64,000 bases of DNA from Felis catus (Eukaryota): contig NC_058368.1 of the NCBI RefSeq assembly GCF_018350175.1, forward strand, positions 3,038,001-3,102,000. The letters run 5' to 3'. Positions 25,741 through 38,549 of the stretch are shown here, piece by piece. The position numbers were made by a program, and so were the translations under genes. Under the pieces are notes generated by a model. That model was not told the origin of the DNA, made no database searches, and saw only the letters and a list, made by a program, of their open reading frames with translations. Positions within the stretch are counted from its first letter, which is position 1. Every line of letters starts with the position of its first letter.

Positions 25741-26279
25741 TAAGTTATTTTACGGAAAACTCTTAAGGACTGTCTATACACCGTGATTTCTCTGCTCATG
25801 TCAAGTCTTACCTAGAATCCTGGGCCACCATTTGAAGGGCACATTGGCAAATAACCTGTCCCATTAAAGCTTCCCCCAAAGTGATGACAAGGCTGGAAAC
25901 AACTTCCCTGTAGTACCATGGCAGGCTCTGAAGGCACTTAGTCTGTGTGATGAGAGCCATTGAAAAATGTTGAAACTAGTCTTATTCCATGTTTGACCCT
26001 GTAAAAGACTAATGGAAGAAAAAGAAGAGTTCTTTGTTTGGTAGTCTCTCTCTAAGTCATGACAGCAGACGACTCTAGGAGCTCCAAAGGACTTTCAGCC
26101 TTGGGAGGTGCTGTTGAGGCCATTGCTTTAGGGTTTTCTATACGCTGGCACAGTGCTCTCATATCACATGCATCCCCGTGGTCGATGTCCTTCACGCATG
26201 ATGCAGGGATGGTACTTTTATTGCCTGTGACACTGACGAGGCTCCCGAGTTGTGGAAGAGTGGAGCAACTTTCCTCCCA

Positions 26280-26375
26280 ACATATTAATTTGTTAACAAA
26301 ATATTTGTTGAGTGTCTATGATGTCCCACGCATCGTCCTAACTACTTGAACAAAACAAGTCCCACTCATTGCCCT
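26280..26375 (-). mobile_element. L2 3' relic
   Basis: aacaaaatatttgttgagtgtctatgatgtcc ... cattgccctgatgag. Confidence 0.55.
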
Positions 26376-26599
26376 GATGAGGCTGGAATTCGCTACAACC
26401 ACCAGCGACGGAACCGAGAGCCCAGTTCAGCACTGCCCGACCTTGAGACCTCACACGTGGGGAACAGATGAACTGAATGAAACTACGAGCGCAAAGACTA
26501 GACCTTCAGACTATCTGACCCTTCCTCATCAGCCAATTTGATCCACATTAGGCTAACCTATTAATTATTAGTTGTGTTACATACTATATATTACTTCAG

Positions 26600-26696
26600 C
26601 GCGAGGCCCGCTCCAGATTCTCTGTCTCCCTCTCTCTGTGTCCCTCTCTCTCTTTTGCACTCCTTCTCTCTCTCTCTCAAAAAAAAAAAAAAAAAA
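26600..26696 (+). mobile_element. 5'-truncated Can-SINE
   Basis: gaggcccgctccagattctctgtctccctctctctg ... ctctctctc plus A18 tail; no tRNA-derived head. Confidence 0.8.
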
Positions 26697-29342
26697 GTCA
26701 TGATTCTGCTCTTACTTCCAGAAAGTACCATCTTGTGAGGCTGTGTTTCTTTGCTGTATTTTCACTGTCACAGAGCTCATCACATCTACCCTCCCCACAC
26801 AAGATACGGGAGTTGGGGAATGTTCCCGCCACACAGATAGATGGGATGGGGGGAGTTACTCAAGAGGCTTAGGAAATCATTCTTTGATAGGGCCTCTTGG
26901 GGGGTGCACACCCTAAGAAAAGCCCAGCAAGGGGTGGAGCCCGCGAGACAGTGCAGAATGCTTATGCTCAGGGGGGCGGTTGCTCTGAGCCGCGCGGCAG
27001 TGGGCGGAGGGTCCTGGAGGTGATATGTGGGACATTTTATAGCACCCTGGAGCGGGAGACGAGGCAGCACAAGATTCTGTCCTGTATCCAGAAGCCTCAT
27101 GTTAGACAGAAAGCAGGAGCTCAGAGCAACACAGGTCTGTGCTGGGACATCTGTGGATTTCCTTCCGCAACTCAGTGAATATACCTGTTTGGGATGGCTT
27201 TCTCTGGCGTCTAGGGATCTCTCAGAAACGTTCTTCAGGAGCTCAAAGTTTACCTTTGCGTTTAAAGTTTTAAACTCATTCTTTGCTGCTGGTGCCACGT
27301 GAAACAGTCCCTCTCCCCCAGGGGTACCCCCACCCTCGAAAGCCTTGCTGTAGGCAGAGAGCACAGAGCCTCTTGCCTCTCGTTTCACTCTCCTGTCTGC
27401 TTCCAAACTAATGTTTAGCCAAGTTAGACACATTTATTTTACTTTCTTGAATAGCCGATTCTTTCTAATTAATCTCGGGACTCATCTCTACTCCAACCGC
27501 CTTATGTTGATAATAGTGTAGCATTTTAAAATAAGCTAATTTGCACATGTAGACACAGCTATGAAATCCACAAGTTATAATGAGGATATATATACACTTT
27601 GCGCATCTATATGCAGCACCTTCTGGAAAATGCCACTTCTAGACTCCACCCAACCCTGTCGACTCCCATCACAGAATGACAGAATGGCAAACATTTTTAA
27701 GGCCCTTGTCACACATTCTTAATCTATGCCTGGAGACAGCCGCACAGACACAGTGTTTAAATGTTGGCTCTTGTTATACAAATTGTTTGCATGAAAATGA
27801 TCACAAAAATCACTTATATGGGAAAGAAAAAAACACCTTTCGTTTGGAAAGTCTTAAGAGAACAAAAATGAACGACAAGTTCTCATATCCACGTAGGAAC
27901 TTTCCATTAGATATCCTTACAGGAATGATTTTAGGGGATTCGAGTGAGTGCAGCCAAACGAGACACGGGTTATCTGGTAACCATAGAATGCCCGCAGGGT
28001 CGTTTGGAAGAGAATTACAAATATCTACGCACATGACTAGTAGCACTGGGGAGAAATCCCACCGTGAACACCATTGTGGTCTTCGGGGTCTACGTGGACC
28101 TGGGAGATGGAGAGAGAAGGCGCTCCATAGGCCGGGAATACGTCTCTCACCGGCACCGTGCTGCCTGGAGAACCACTCCCATTAGCATGAAATGAAATTG
28201 CAGCACTGAAGGGAGGAGAGCATCGGACCCAATGTGCAAATGAAGAGGCCAAGAAGACTGGTCCGTATCTCAGGTATGCACACACGCGCATTATCCCGTG
28301 CGGCTGCCAACGGGGCGTTTGGGCCCCGGGATTAAGGCCTAAAAGGATTCGTTCTCATAATGAGAGAGAGTGCCAGGGGTTTTTCTTGCCTCCCGAAATA
28401 AGCTAATTCCCCCGAATCGAGAAATAACGAACAGGGGAGCGGCTGGCAGGGTGAGTGGGGCTCGGACAGGTGCCTCTTTCAAAGGAGTCTGAAGAACAGA
28501 AAGGCAATCGCACACGAAGGAACAACTCAATCTCCGCCTGTCACGCCAGTCTAGTGTTATTAACAGGCCGAGGTAGGACACGATTCGATTCGATCGGGGT
28601 GGGGGATGTGTGCAGATAAGATAGCAATTGATCGGAGACGGGCTTTAAGTGTGCTCTCTGCTCAGGAGCTGGGAGGAGCATTAGGGTTGAGGTTAACCCT
28701 TTGAGAGCCACCTTCTGCATAGATGGCCATAGACAGCAACAGATGGCTCGGACTCCCCTTTGAACCCAATCACCCTGAATGTCTCCTTGACCTTGCCGGA
28801 GCGAGCGGTCAGTCCTATTCAGCGTACCGTGCCGTGGAGGGATTCTGACCTAGACGCAAACCGCATCGGGCGGCAGGTGGTTCTGGGGACCCAGATTCCC
28901 TGGGGTGACTCCGACTCCTATCTCAGAGATGGTGCCGTCGCAACACCTCCGAAACATGGTCCGGCAGGGAGCAGACGCTCGGTGAATATTGGCGAATGAG
29001 TGAATGACTTCATGAATGCTGTTCAGGTACTTCAAACTCCTTTTTGACCTGGGCCTCTACCCAGAAACCTGACCGCGCGTCCGACTGGCTACACCATGAG
29101 GCCTGTTTCAACACCCTCCCCCATTCTGCCCCATTTCTTAAGCTTCTTACCTGTACGTGAGGTTTGTGTAGGATCCCGGGAAGACATAAGACACAGAAGC
29201 CTTCTTTCTTGGCCTGAGAAGAGATTTTGCAAAGCTCTCTCATTCCACTCCCCCTCCAGCTGAAGTCATTATGTCTCAGAACATTTCTGGAGCCCCGGAG
29301 GAGTATTTGTGTTGCGAGACTTAGGGCTAGCCCAGATGGAGG

Positions 29343-29710
29343 TGCTGTAGACCGAGCAGGAGGATGTTTTCATCCCCCCAAAAGAATTCACATGAAGTCC
29401 TAACTCGAACGTGATGCATGTGAAGGGGGCTTTGGGAAGTAATGCGGCTTAGATGAGGTCATGAGAGAAGGGCCTTCATGATGGAATTCATACCCTGGGA
29501 AGAAGAGGAAGAGACAGGAGTTCCCTCTGCCATCTGACCGCACAGCAAGAAGGTGGCCGTCTGCAATCCAGGCGGGGATCCTCAACAGACACCAAATCTG
29601 CCAGCACCTTGCTGTCGGAAGTCAGCCTCTGAGACCGTGGGGCAGAAATACCTGTTGTTTGAGCCACCGCGTCTATGGCATTCGAATAGAGCAGCCCGGA
29701 AGGACTATGG
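29343..29710 (+). mobile_element. MaLR solo LTR, MLT1A-like
   Basis: ggggctttgggaagtaat ... acagcaagaaggtggccgtctgcaatccagg ... gacaccaaatctgccagcaccttg ... ctgttgtttgagccacc. Confidence 0.85.
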
Positions 29711-29854
29711 CTGGAGGCAGGGAGAGGGTGCAGAGGGTGCTGCCCCACCCCTGCAGCTCCCGGTTGGTTCTCAGCTCCAAGGATGACAGGTGCAACGCTC
29801 TCCGGCCTGTATCACGTGGTTCCCAAATTCCGAGCCCTACCCTCCGCTTGAGAG

Positions 29855-30020
29855 CAGCGCGTCTCAGATTTAACGCACACGTGCGACACGTGGGGATCTT
29901 GTTCACGTGCAGGTTCTATTCCAGGAAGTCTGAGGCGGAGGCCTGGGTCTGCGTGTCTAACAGTTCCCCCAGGTGATGCTGATGCTGCCGGACCTCGGGC
30001 CACACTGGAACTGGAGCAAA
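29855..30020. mobile_element. hAT-Charlie MER5A1-like
   Basis: ggggatcttgtt ... tctaacagttcccccaggtgatgctgatgctgccggacc ... ccacactgga. Confidence 0.8.
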
Positions 30021-30256
30021 CGGAAGCTGCTGGAGGACAAAGCCAGCCTCTGTTGTAGTTCTGATGCCTGATCGCAGCCCCATCGCATGGCAAGGATTCG
30101 TCCTGCAGCTTGGTGGTACCAGTGGAGGGCTTTGCTATCGACACCCATCGTGACTGCCCGGAATGTGGCCCTTTGAGGGTGCTGGCTTCTCAGCGAAACT
30201 TACACATTGGTAGATGATATACCATCTGATTACCTTGACCAGGCCTGCCACTGCAG

Positions 30257-30258
<2 letters not shown>

Positions 30259-30300
<42 letters not shown>
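30259..30300. repeat. (CA)21 microsatellite
   Basis: Direct reading. Confidence 0.98.
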
Positions 30301-30303
<3 letters not shown>

Positions 30304-33300
30304 CAACCATCAACAGGCTCCATGGCCATGGACTGACTTCACTGATGACTCTCACAGTACACACCTGTGCAGCTAGGCCCCACAGTCACAGGGCTGGCCC
30401 GCCTTGTTGAAGAATAATGTCTCCTTTGAAAAAGGCTTTGAAAAAGCCTAGCAGTTTACCAGGCTGTTAATCCTCTTGCCAATGTAACATATGAATATCC
30501 AGTTTCTTTAAGAAACACGCATGGTATCTTTGTCTAAGTAAATTTCGGACTGGTGAAATTATCTTGACATTATTTCCGATGGAAAGCGTTGGGGGCAAAG
30601 AATAACCGCCAACAGGTAAGCAACGAAATAAACAAAAACACAGTGGATTCCATTCAGTGCAAGTCATAGCCATCAGCAGTTTGAGGACGGTGTTCCTTGT
30701 AGGCACTGAAGGACGGGTTTACCAGGAGCTTCAACTGAATGCTGTCTTATGAACATGGACAGCCGGAGCGTTCACAAAAAGCCCAAGGAAACGTTTCTAG
30801 ACAAAAGCAACCCGCTGGCCAGAGCCTGTTCCCACTTGGCGAGAACGAGTGGCCTGCTCGTCTCTGCCCTGTCCAGGCGCAGATGTCCTGTTTTTTCCCG
30901 TCCCAGCATTGCAATCAGTTCTCAAGTCAATTGGGAGACATCGCCGGAGCCCTCAAGTCCACCAAAGTCGGTAAATAATGTGCATTGAGCATCCACCACG
31001 TGCAGGGCTGGGATTGCGAGACCAGGTAGAATGGCCGCCATGGTGGAGAGGTAGCCCGCAGTGCCATCAGGGGACCGGCAGAGGGTCCTAGTGCCAGAGG
31101 AACGTGCTAGCCATCTAATGCACCCACCACCGGGACAGGAATCTCAGGTAAGCTGCAGAGGCCTGTTTATACCTCCGATATGGCCTTTCCAGAGTGCATG
31201 CTCACACACAGACAGACTGTGCTTTAAAATGTCATTACGATGAACCATCACTTGAAAATCTCCATGATTTTGACAAAATTGGAACAAGTGATATAAAAAT
31301 AAAAGGTCAGAAAAGCCCTGTATGACAGAGCTTAGCTGGCCTGGTATAGATTTCTTCAAAGGCCTCTTTTGCTTACCACTAAAGCCAACACGATGTGTCA
31401 AAGTTGTTTAAGATAGGGATCAGTTTTAATGAATGCGACCTCAGCTTTCCAAGGTGTTTAGGTCTGGGAACACTTAAAGTACATCTGTTATTATTTTGGT
31501 TGTGCTGAATTTCTTATTTTACATGGTTTCATTTCAAGAGGGGCTGTTTGAAGGAATACAGAGGTAAGCTCCTATCACGGTGTTCTGATTTAATTTTCGA
31601 GGATTCTTTATTTCTATAGTTCGTACCGCCTGATATTTGCGTTTGCTTTTCGTAGTAATTGTACACAGAAATTCGATGTTGAAATTTACATCTCTGCCCT
31701 TTGTGATAAAACTCAGTGCCAAATTGTCTCTCAGTGGCTTAATCTATATTAGATTTATCATCCTATCAAACCCACATTAAGTATGCCTTTTACTCTGTAG
31801 ACTAGTTCCTTTATGAGAGGATTCACAGAGATCTGGCCCTGCCACTTGGGAGCTTATAGTGAGAAAGTGATAGGAAACAATCAAACTACCATCAAACATG
31901 TTTGTGAGCTAAATAAACAATGGAGGATAAATTAAGGCTTGACTTGCAGGCAGAAATGGTACTCCTCTCCTTGCCTCTCCTCTTTCCCACCCTCTCGTAT
32001 CTATTTTACCCCTCTTCTGTGTGTCCTTCAATCTCCATCCATCCATCTGTCCATCCATCCCTCCGTCCATCTTTTATTATACACCGTCGGCCCATCTATC
32101 GGTATAAACGGGTCCAAAGAGTAGGACAGAGTTGGGTTTTGTGATACGTAATATGCCCTGTAGCCTCAGGTGTTGACGCTGTTTTGCCAGATCACGGTCG
32201 AAATAGTCTCCATATTGATCTGTAACAATAACGGGACAGGTTCTTTTGCTATAGACCCTGTGTGACACACCCTTATTAGCTAACCAAAGAATTGTCCAAG
32301 AAAACAAAATAGCATAACTGTACTGTTAACTTGGGTATAAACAGGGAGTTTTGATATTAATATCGGTTTGCTTAGCCTTACCAAATAATTTGTGAAAACC
32401 CTTCACCCAGATTTGGTTAAAGAATTAGACTTCCTTCTAATTTGGTCGAGGCTCCACTTCTTGGGCCATCCAGTTCCTGCTCAAATTTTGTTTTCCTCCC
32501 CACTAGCCTGTTACCTTCTGTTTTCAAAGCCGCCATCGCTCTTTGGGGGAGATCTTTAATTTCTCTAGGTTCACTCGAATTCCAAATCTTCATCTATATT
32601 GTACCTTTGGAAGTGGATATGCCCTCTAACACGTGCTGGTAAATACCTGATGCTGATTATTTATTACCTGGCCGTGGGGTCTTACCTGCTCCTTGTTGCC
32701 GGCTTCCCCTTCCAGCTCCGTGTTTGCTGTAAGCAGCCTTGCCCGCTCCCCCCTCTCTGCATTTTGCTCTCGGTGCCTTTGTTGTTCTAAGGAGCAGGAG
32801 AAGGATTATGTCTCTCCCTTTCTTCAGACACTTTTTGATCTGGACAGCCACTTCCGGAATGGCATCTAATCCTCCTCTGAATGCAAACACTGACACTCCC
32901 ATGTTGTATTCTCAAACGGCCTTGGAGATAACACTAGTTGGATGGCCATTATTTGGGATTTCATTCCCTGGGTCCTGTGGTTCAGAAGTTATTCGGTTTA
33001 AAAGTGATTTTGAGAGTAAGAGTAATCTTGCAAATCTGTTTAAGGGTAATCTTGCAAAGTCCTCTCAGTTCTCTGGAGTCCTACCTGCTGTCGGCATAGG
33101 CCCTGGGCTCTGCTTCCGGAAGTGCACTCCTAGCTTTGGCTGGTTTCTGCACTCCGGCCAGGCTGTGTCCAATGGCGTCCGTGAATAGTTACCCGTTCGC
33201 CCATTTGGCTCCCAGCTGAAATCCCTCTCCTGTTGTCTTTCTCTTGCCTAGAGATTGTTCCCCGTGGACCAAAACTCTGGGATTCAAAAGAGACGTGGAT

Positions 33301-34059
33301 GGGAACTGGACCCGAATTTCTCCAGGTGTTTCATATATGATGGTTTCATTACGATTTGATATATTTCTCAAAACACTCTCTTATTGAACTATGTGGGAAA
33401 ATCCAAAACACATAGTCGTGTTCAAATGTATCAAATGGGCCCATTTCCTTCTATTTGAAAATTGATAGGCCACATAGGTTTAAAAACAACAACAACAACA
33501 ACCAGTCTGAACTCAAAAGCTAGCTGTGGGACTCAGGGCAAAGTCCTCAAGCTTGCCAGACCTCTGTTGCCCATGTGGTAAGTGGAGGCAACACCACTTT
33601 CTCCCTTTTAATGAGGTGCTGTTGGGCTAAAAAACACTTTCATACTGTTTAAAAAGGTGAGCCCATTCTAAATGTTATTTGTTAAAGCATGCCATTCCAT
33701 TTTTTTCCCTCTGGGATTGCTCATAACCTGCATGCTAAACTTTGAAAGTAGTTGTCTATTTTACTACATGTGTGTTATTGAGACAAATGCTTCATCTGAA
33801 AACATATATTTGCCATTTTTGAATGAATTAAAACCATTTTATTCAGAATGAAGTGGCCAATTCCAACATGCTTTCCTAGTTTCTATTTTTTTTCCTCCTA
33901 AAATTACCTGCAGGGCATGACCTTATTCAGGTTCAAACATAGAAAAAGAGCAATGGCGAACAAATGAATCTCCCTGATCGCTGTCACTTCCCATCACACG
34001 CTCTTGGTGCCTGCTCCTAACTGTTACCGAAATATCTCTGTTGAAAAATGAAAAGTGTA

Positions 34060-34284
34060 GGGGCGCCTGGGTGGCGCAGTCGGTTAAGCGTCTGACTTCA
34101 GCCAGGTCACGATCTCGCGGTCCGTGAGTTCGAGCCCCGCGTCGGGCTCTGGGCTGATGGCTCAGAGCCTGGAGCCTGTTTCCGATTCTGTGTCTCCCTC
34201 TCTCTCTGCCCCTCCCCTGTTCACGCTCTGTCTCTCTCTGTCCCAAAAATAAATAATAAATGTTGAAAAAAAAAATTAAAAAAA
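34060..34284 (+). mobile_element. Can-SINE SINEC_Fc (young)
   Basis: Near-consensus body; perfect 17-bp TSD aaaaatgaaaagtgtag (34044-34060 / 34285-34301). Confidence 0.98.
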
Positions 34285-34534
34285 AAAAATGAAAAGTGTA
34301 GTCTTTAAAACAGCTACAAGGTAGGGCACCCAAAACTTGGGCCTGACAAAAGATTTCCTGATTGAAAAAATATATAATTTCCTTTATTCTCCAAGCTTTA
34401 GAAAGACAACTTTCAAAGGCAGAGCAATTCAAAAACATCTTTACAAACCCAAATTCCCCATGAACGCGGGGGGTTCAGTGGGGGTCCTTTGGCTTGATCT
34501 TCCCAAGAGCCATGAGGAAGCTAGTTTGGTTTTT

Positions 34535-34650
34535 TCATTCCCATTTTATAGATGAGAATACTGAGGTTTGTACCAACTCACTCAAGGTCACATGGCTAAG
34601 TGGAGCGAACTCGGGACTAGAACCCAAAGATCTGCCTTCAGTTCTAATCT
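34535..34650 (-). mobile_element. MIR relic
   Basis: cccattttatagatgagaatactgagg ... caaggtcacatggctaagtggag ... gggactagaaccca. Confidence 0.75.
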
Positions 34651-35419
34651 TCCTTTTATCATAGCCCCAAAGAGAAATGTCTTATAAACCTTCTCTATAG
34701 GCTACTACCTGGAATTGTTCAAATTCAGCTGGATTTCTAGGCATAAGTTGGGTTATTTTACATTGTACAGACACCAACCTATTCTGGCTTAATCTTTTTA
34801 AGGTCTGCATCAGATCCTGGGCTAACTCTGTCTGACTGCTTCTACGAAGGCTTAGTCTGGGCCACTCTTTATAGAAGCTTAAGACACTGAATTACGTATT
34901 TTAGCGGTACAGGAAAAGGTTTGCTCCGGAGGTTCTGTTCCTTTTAACAACTAAGGATTAGAGTGTGGTAATTTATGCTTTGGTACTTAGAAAGTTTATT
35001 TTCTGTCCCGGTTTACTCCCTCTTACTGCTGGCCACTGGAGCGCTTAGGGGAGCCGTGTGGGTATTTTGACGTTTCAAGGTTGGCCGTGTCACCGCATAG
35101 ACACTAGGCTGACCGTAGCCAGCACATTATTCCCTGCAGAGTCAGGGCAGGTGTTTTCTGGTCATAACAAGCTGAAGACCTTCGAGGGCTTGGTTGTGTT
35201 TATTCCCTGACCTCAGAATCTTCACCGGGCATCATGAGGGTTCGTAGGAACACATGCTTTTGTTAAATCCCTGCTCACGCACACCGTGGCGCGAGGCTAC
35301 TAATCAGGGTGTATCATTTCCACGAGGGCACGGCCGCCTTTCCTTGCCGCCGGAGGACGGTCTGAAATAACCACCGCTTTTCTTTTCTCTGTGGACGGTC
35401 CGCGTGGGAAAAGGATGTG

Positions 35420-36250
35420 CCGACATTAGAATGTAATTATTCCTCCCCTGGGCTGCCTAAAATGTGGTCGGCCAGCCTTCTTTAGATGCCCGGCGTGCAT
35501 CCCGCAGGCTGCGGTATTTTATTTCTGAATGGACCAGCCTTTGTTTTTGTTGCATTATGCAATTCATTTTCATCACACATTCGAGTATGTTTCCTATTTT
35601 CCAGCTTATTGTCCTCATTCACAACACATTGTCTCCGTTCCCGCTCCCAAATTCTCTCTCTACTTTCTCCTTCCCTCTCTCTCATTTGAAATAGGAGGGA
35701 TCTTACAGGAGCGGGCACCAGGGCAGCCGTATCCTTTGAACCACTGGGCCCGGGCTGGCAAACCCCCTCACAGTTGAGAATCGCTTTAAAAGAGTCAGCT
35801 CTGGGCTGGGGGCGTGGAGGGGGGGGGCGCTTTCCAATTAGTGTTTCTCATCAACCTGACCACCCTAAGCCATTAAGCCACTGTAATAGTTTTGCTAATT
35901 TGATTTCCTGCACATAAACAACCTTTGCTGGGCTTTGAAGTTCTCAGGAAAGGTATGAGGGGTTTCAAATTGCAATAATTCAACTCCAAGCATAAGGCTA
36001 ATTCATCTTTTTTTTTTTTTTTAATAAATCAGTAAAACAGAAGTTAATTAAAGTGTAAACAATGGGCAGCATTGTGGCTGAGAGTCACAGAAAAAGAACC
36101 TTTGAAATTCTTTGTGTAATGGATAGTACCTGATTACACTCAGAGCAGGGGGTGGGGGCGGGGGCGGGTGGAAAAGATCACATTACCCAGCTCTGAAACC
36201 AATTTGACAATAAATTTCATATTAAAAAGAGACAGAGCGAGAGAGAGACA
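35420..36250. promoter_or_regulatory. Candidate enhancer / conserved non-coding element
   Basis: Repeat-free block with TTAATTAA (36044-36051), GTAAACAAT (36055-36063), CATTGT (36070-36075), CAATTA and GC boxes (36148-36168); conservation not testable here. Confidence 0.4.
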
Positions 36251-37835
36251 GAAAACCAACAACAACAGATGCTTTTATTTATTTATATATTTATTTTTAC
36301 TTACTGAGCTGGCTGGCGGCTTCCTAAACCCAAGCTTGCCCAGGGAGGCCCTGCCGCCCCAGCCCTGGGGAGGGCAGGCTCCGCGGGGAGCCCTCACCGA
36401 GCGGGGCGCTGCACAGAGGGCAGTTTCCGGGCATTGCTGGTAGAGAGGATGTCACCGCAGAGTGATTAACACCAGGCCAGGTTGTGCAGAGGCCACAGAC
36501 TGGGACTCCCCGGAGGCACGGATGCCATTGGGTTTTGGGTCTCTGCGGGGGGCAGGGATGAGCAGCGCCCCCCTCCCCCCTCAACCTGCAGGCTTGGCCG
36601 AGAGAGGTGCCAGGGAAGGAAGATGTGGCTAAAAATAGCCCCAGCCGCAGAGTGTTTTCAGGACTGGTCTTCTTGTATTTGATCTTGAGAGAACAGAAAG
36701 ACGAGCCGCGCCCAGGGGTGAGGCAGCAATGGCAGCACTCTTGGCAACCGGGCTCATTTTCTTTGCCGATCAAGTGGTGCAAGGAGAGGCCGTATTTTAT
36801 TTAAGAAGTCGAATCCCACGTAAGAGGAAAGTGGTGTTGCATGGCGTCACCTGTCACACTACGGTTAGAAAGTAAACGCCCTCCTCGGTGGCGCCCCCTG
36901 ACTGTGCACAGAGCTGCGTGCCCGCGCACGTGTGCGTCTGGGTCTGCACACGCATGTAAACGCGTGTGTACGTGGACATGCGCGCGGGCACGTGTGGCTC
37001 TGTCGCAGGGAGCCCGAAGTGGGGAGCGGAGAAGAAACTAGAACCGAGGCCGGCAGAGGGGTAGGTGGTCCCCCATGTGGAGTGCGTTAAGAGGTTCCCA
37101 GCAGTCTCTCTCGCAGAACAATCCACTCCAGAGGGTCCCCCCAAAAATCTGAATTTCGCGTTCGCTGACCGAATTCCTGTCATTTACGGTTTAATTTTAC
37201 AGATGATAAGAGTCTCTTTCAACAGGCAGGCATTCCTCTTAAATGTCGACAAGCCATTGATATCTTAGGATCAATTAGTCTAATGGAGAGATTTCTGTAT
37301 AATAGCAAGCTAAAATGTCAGCTTAGTGGAGAAAATAAGGGAGGCTAGTTTTTAAAACATCCAGGTGGGGGGTTGGGATAAGGATAAGGTCTCTGGGGAA
37401 AAGAAACGGGGTTGGGGGAGCTGCAGTCAGGGGTGTGAGAGTGAAATAGGGGGATTCTGAGGAAATACGTTGCTTCTCTACTGGGCAGCCCAGGATATGG
37501 ACAAGGAGGCCCAGGTAGGATGCCCAGACTGGCGGCTGGCACAGGAGGGCGATACCTGCCCGGCGGGTGGGAAAGGGGCCTCTCATGGGGCCTTCAACCG
37601 CTCAGAACCATGGTCGAGTGGCCTGGAACTGACGGGATTTTCTACAGAGTCGCTGAAGTGACCTTTGACAGCAGTGTGTCCCCTGTGTCCAGGAAGGACC
37701 CAAGCAGAACCAGGGCACCCCAGGCCTCGAGGACCACTTGGGAATTCTCCTGACAGAAGTAACTTGTTCAAACGCTGGACTCCGGCGTTCTCCCGCGGTA
37801 AGATTTGTGGACTTCTGCACTTAAAAGTGCTTTTT

Positions 37836-38027
37836 AAAGTGTTTTATTTATTTTTGTGAGACTGAGCGTGAGCTGGGGAGGGGCAGAGAGAGGCGGTTGA
37901 CAGAGGATCCGAAGGGGGCTCCGCTCTGACAGCAGCAGCCTCGACGCGGGGCTCGAACCCATGAACTGCAAGATCATGACCTGAGCCCCAGTCGGTCGCT
38001 CAACCACCTGGGTCACCCAGGCGCCCC
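37836..38027 (-). mobile_element. Can-SINE
   Basis: Reverse SINE ending cacccaggcgcccc; TSD taaaagtgcttttt (37822-37835) / taaaagtggttttt (38028-38041). Confidence 0.95.
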
Positions 38028-38049
38028 TAAAAGTGGTTTTTTAAAACTA

Positions 38050-38379
38050 CAGTTGACCTTTGAACAACACAGGTGTGATGTGTGTGGGTCCTCTTACACA
38101 CAGATTGTTTTCGACGAATACAGCACAGCACTATAAATGCGTTTTCTCTTCCTTCCAATTTTCTTAATAACATGTTCTTTCCTCTGGCTTACTTTATGAA
38201 AGGGATGGAGTATGGAATACATATAACATACAAAATATGTGTTAATCGGCTGTTTATGTTATTGGCAAGGCTCCCAGTCGGCAACGGACTATTAGTAGTT
38301 AAATTTTGAAGGCGTCAAAAGTTGCATGTGGATTTTCAACTGCATGGGGGGTCAGCACCCCTAACCCCCATGTTGTTCA
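38050..38379. mobile_element. TcMar-Tigger2a-like MITE
   Basis: TA then left TIR cagttgacctttgaacaac; right end cagcacccctaacccccatgttgttca lacks the terminal agggtcaactg. Confidence 0.85.
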
Positions 38380-38549
38380 CCACATGAGCAACCCGTTTTG
38401 AACTTTAACGACTTATCTACCTAAAAGCTTACCCATAAAAGCAAGTGTTTTTGAAAGATTTATCGTTAGCGACGAAATTTACTGCAGCTGACAGAGGGCG
38501 AAACCACATTTACCAAAGTCCCCTTACGTCTCGAGTATGCAACAAATCG

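Noticed and set aside
26054..26703. aagtcatga repeat as the TSD of a 640-bp SINE-tailed insertion
   Set aside because: Only 9 bp, partly from the A tail; the enclosed DNA contains ancient L2 pieces; likely chance
26786..27433. 215-aa minus-strand ORF
   Set aside because: No recognisable family or coding-like composition
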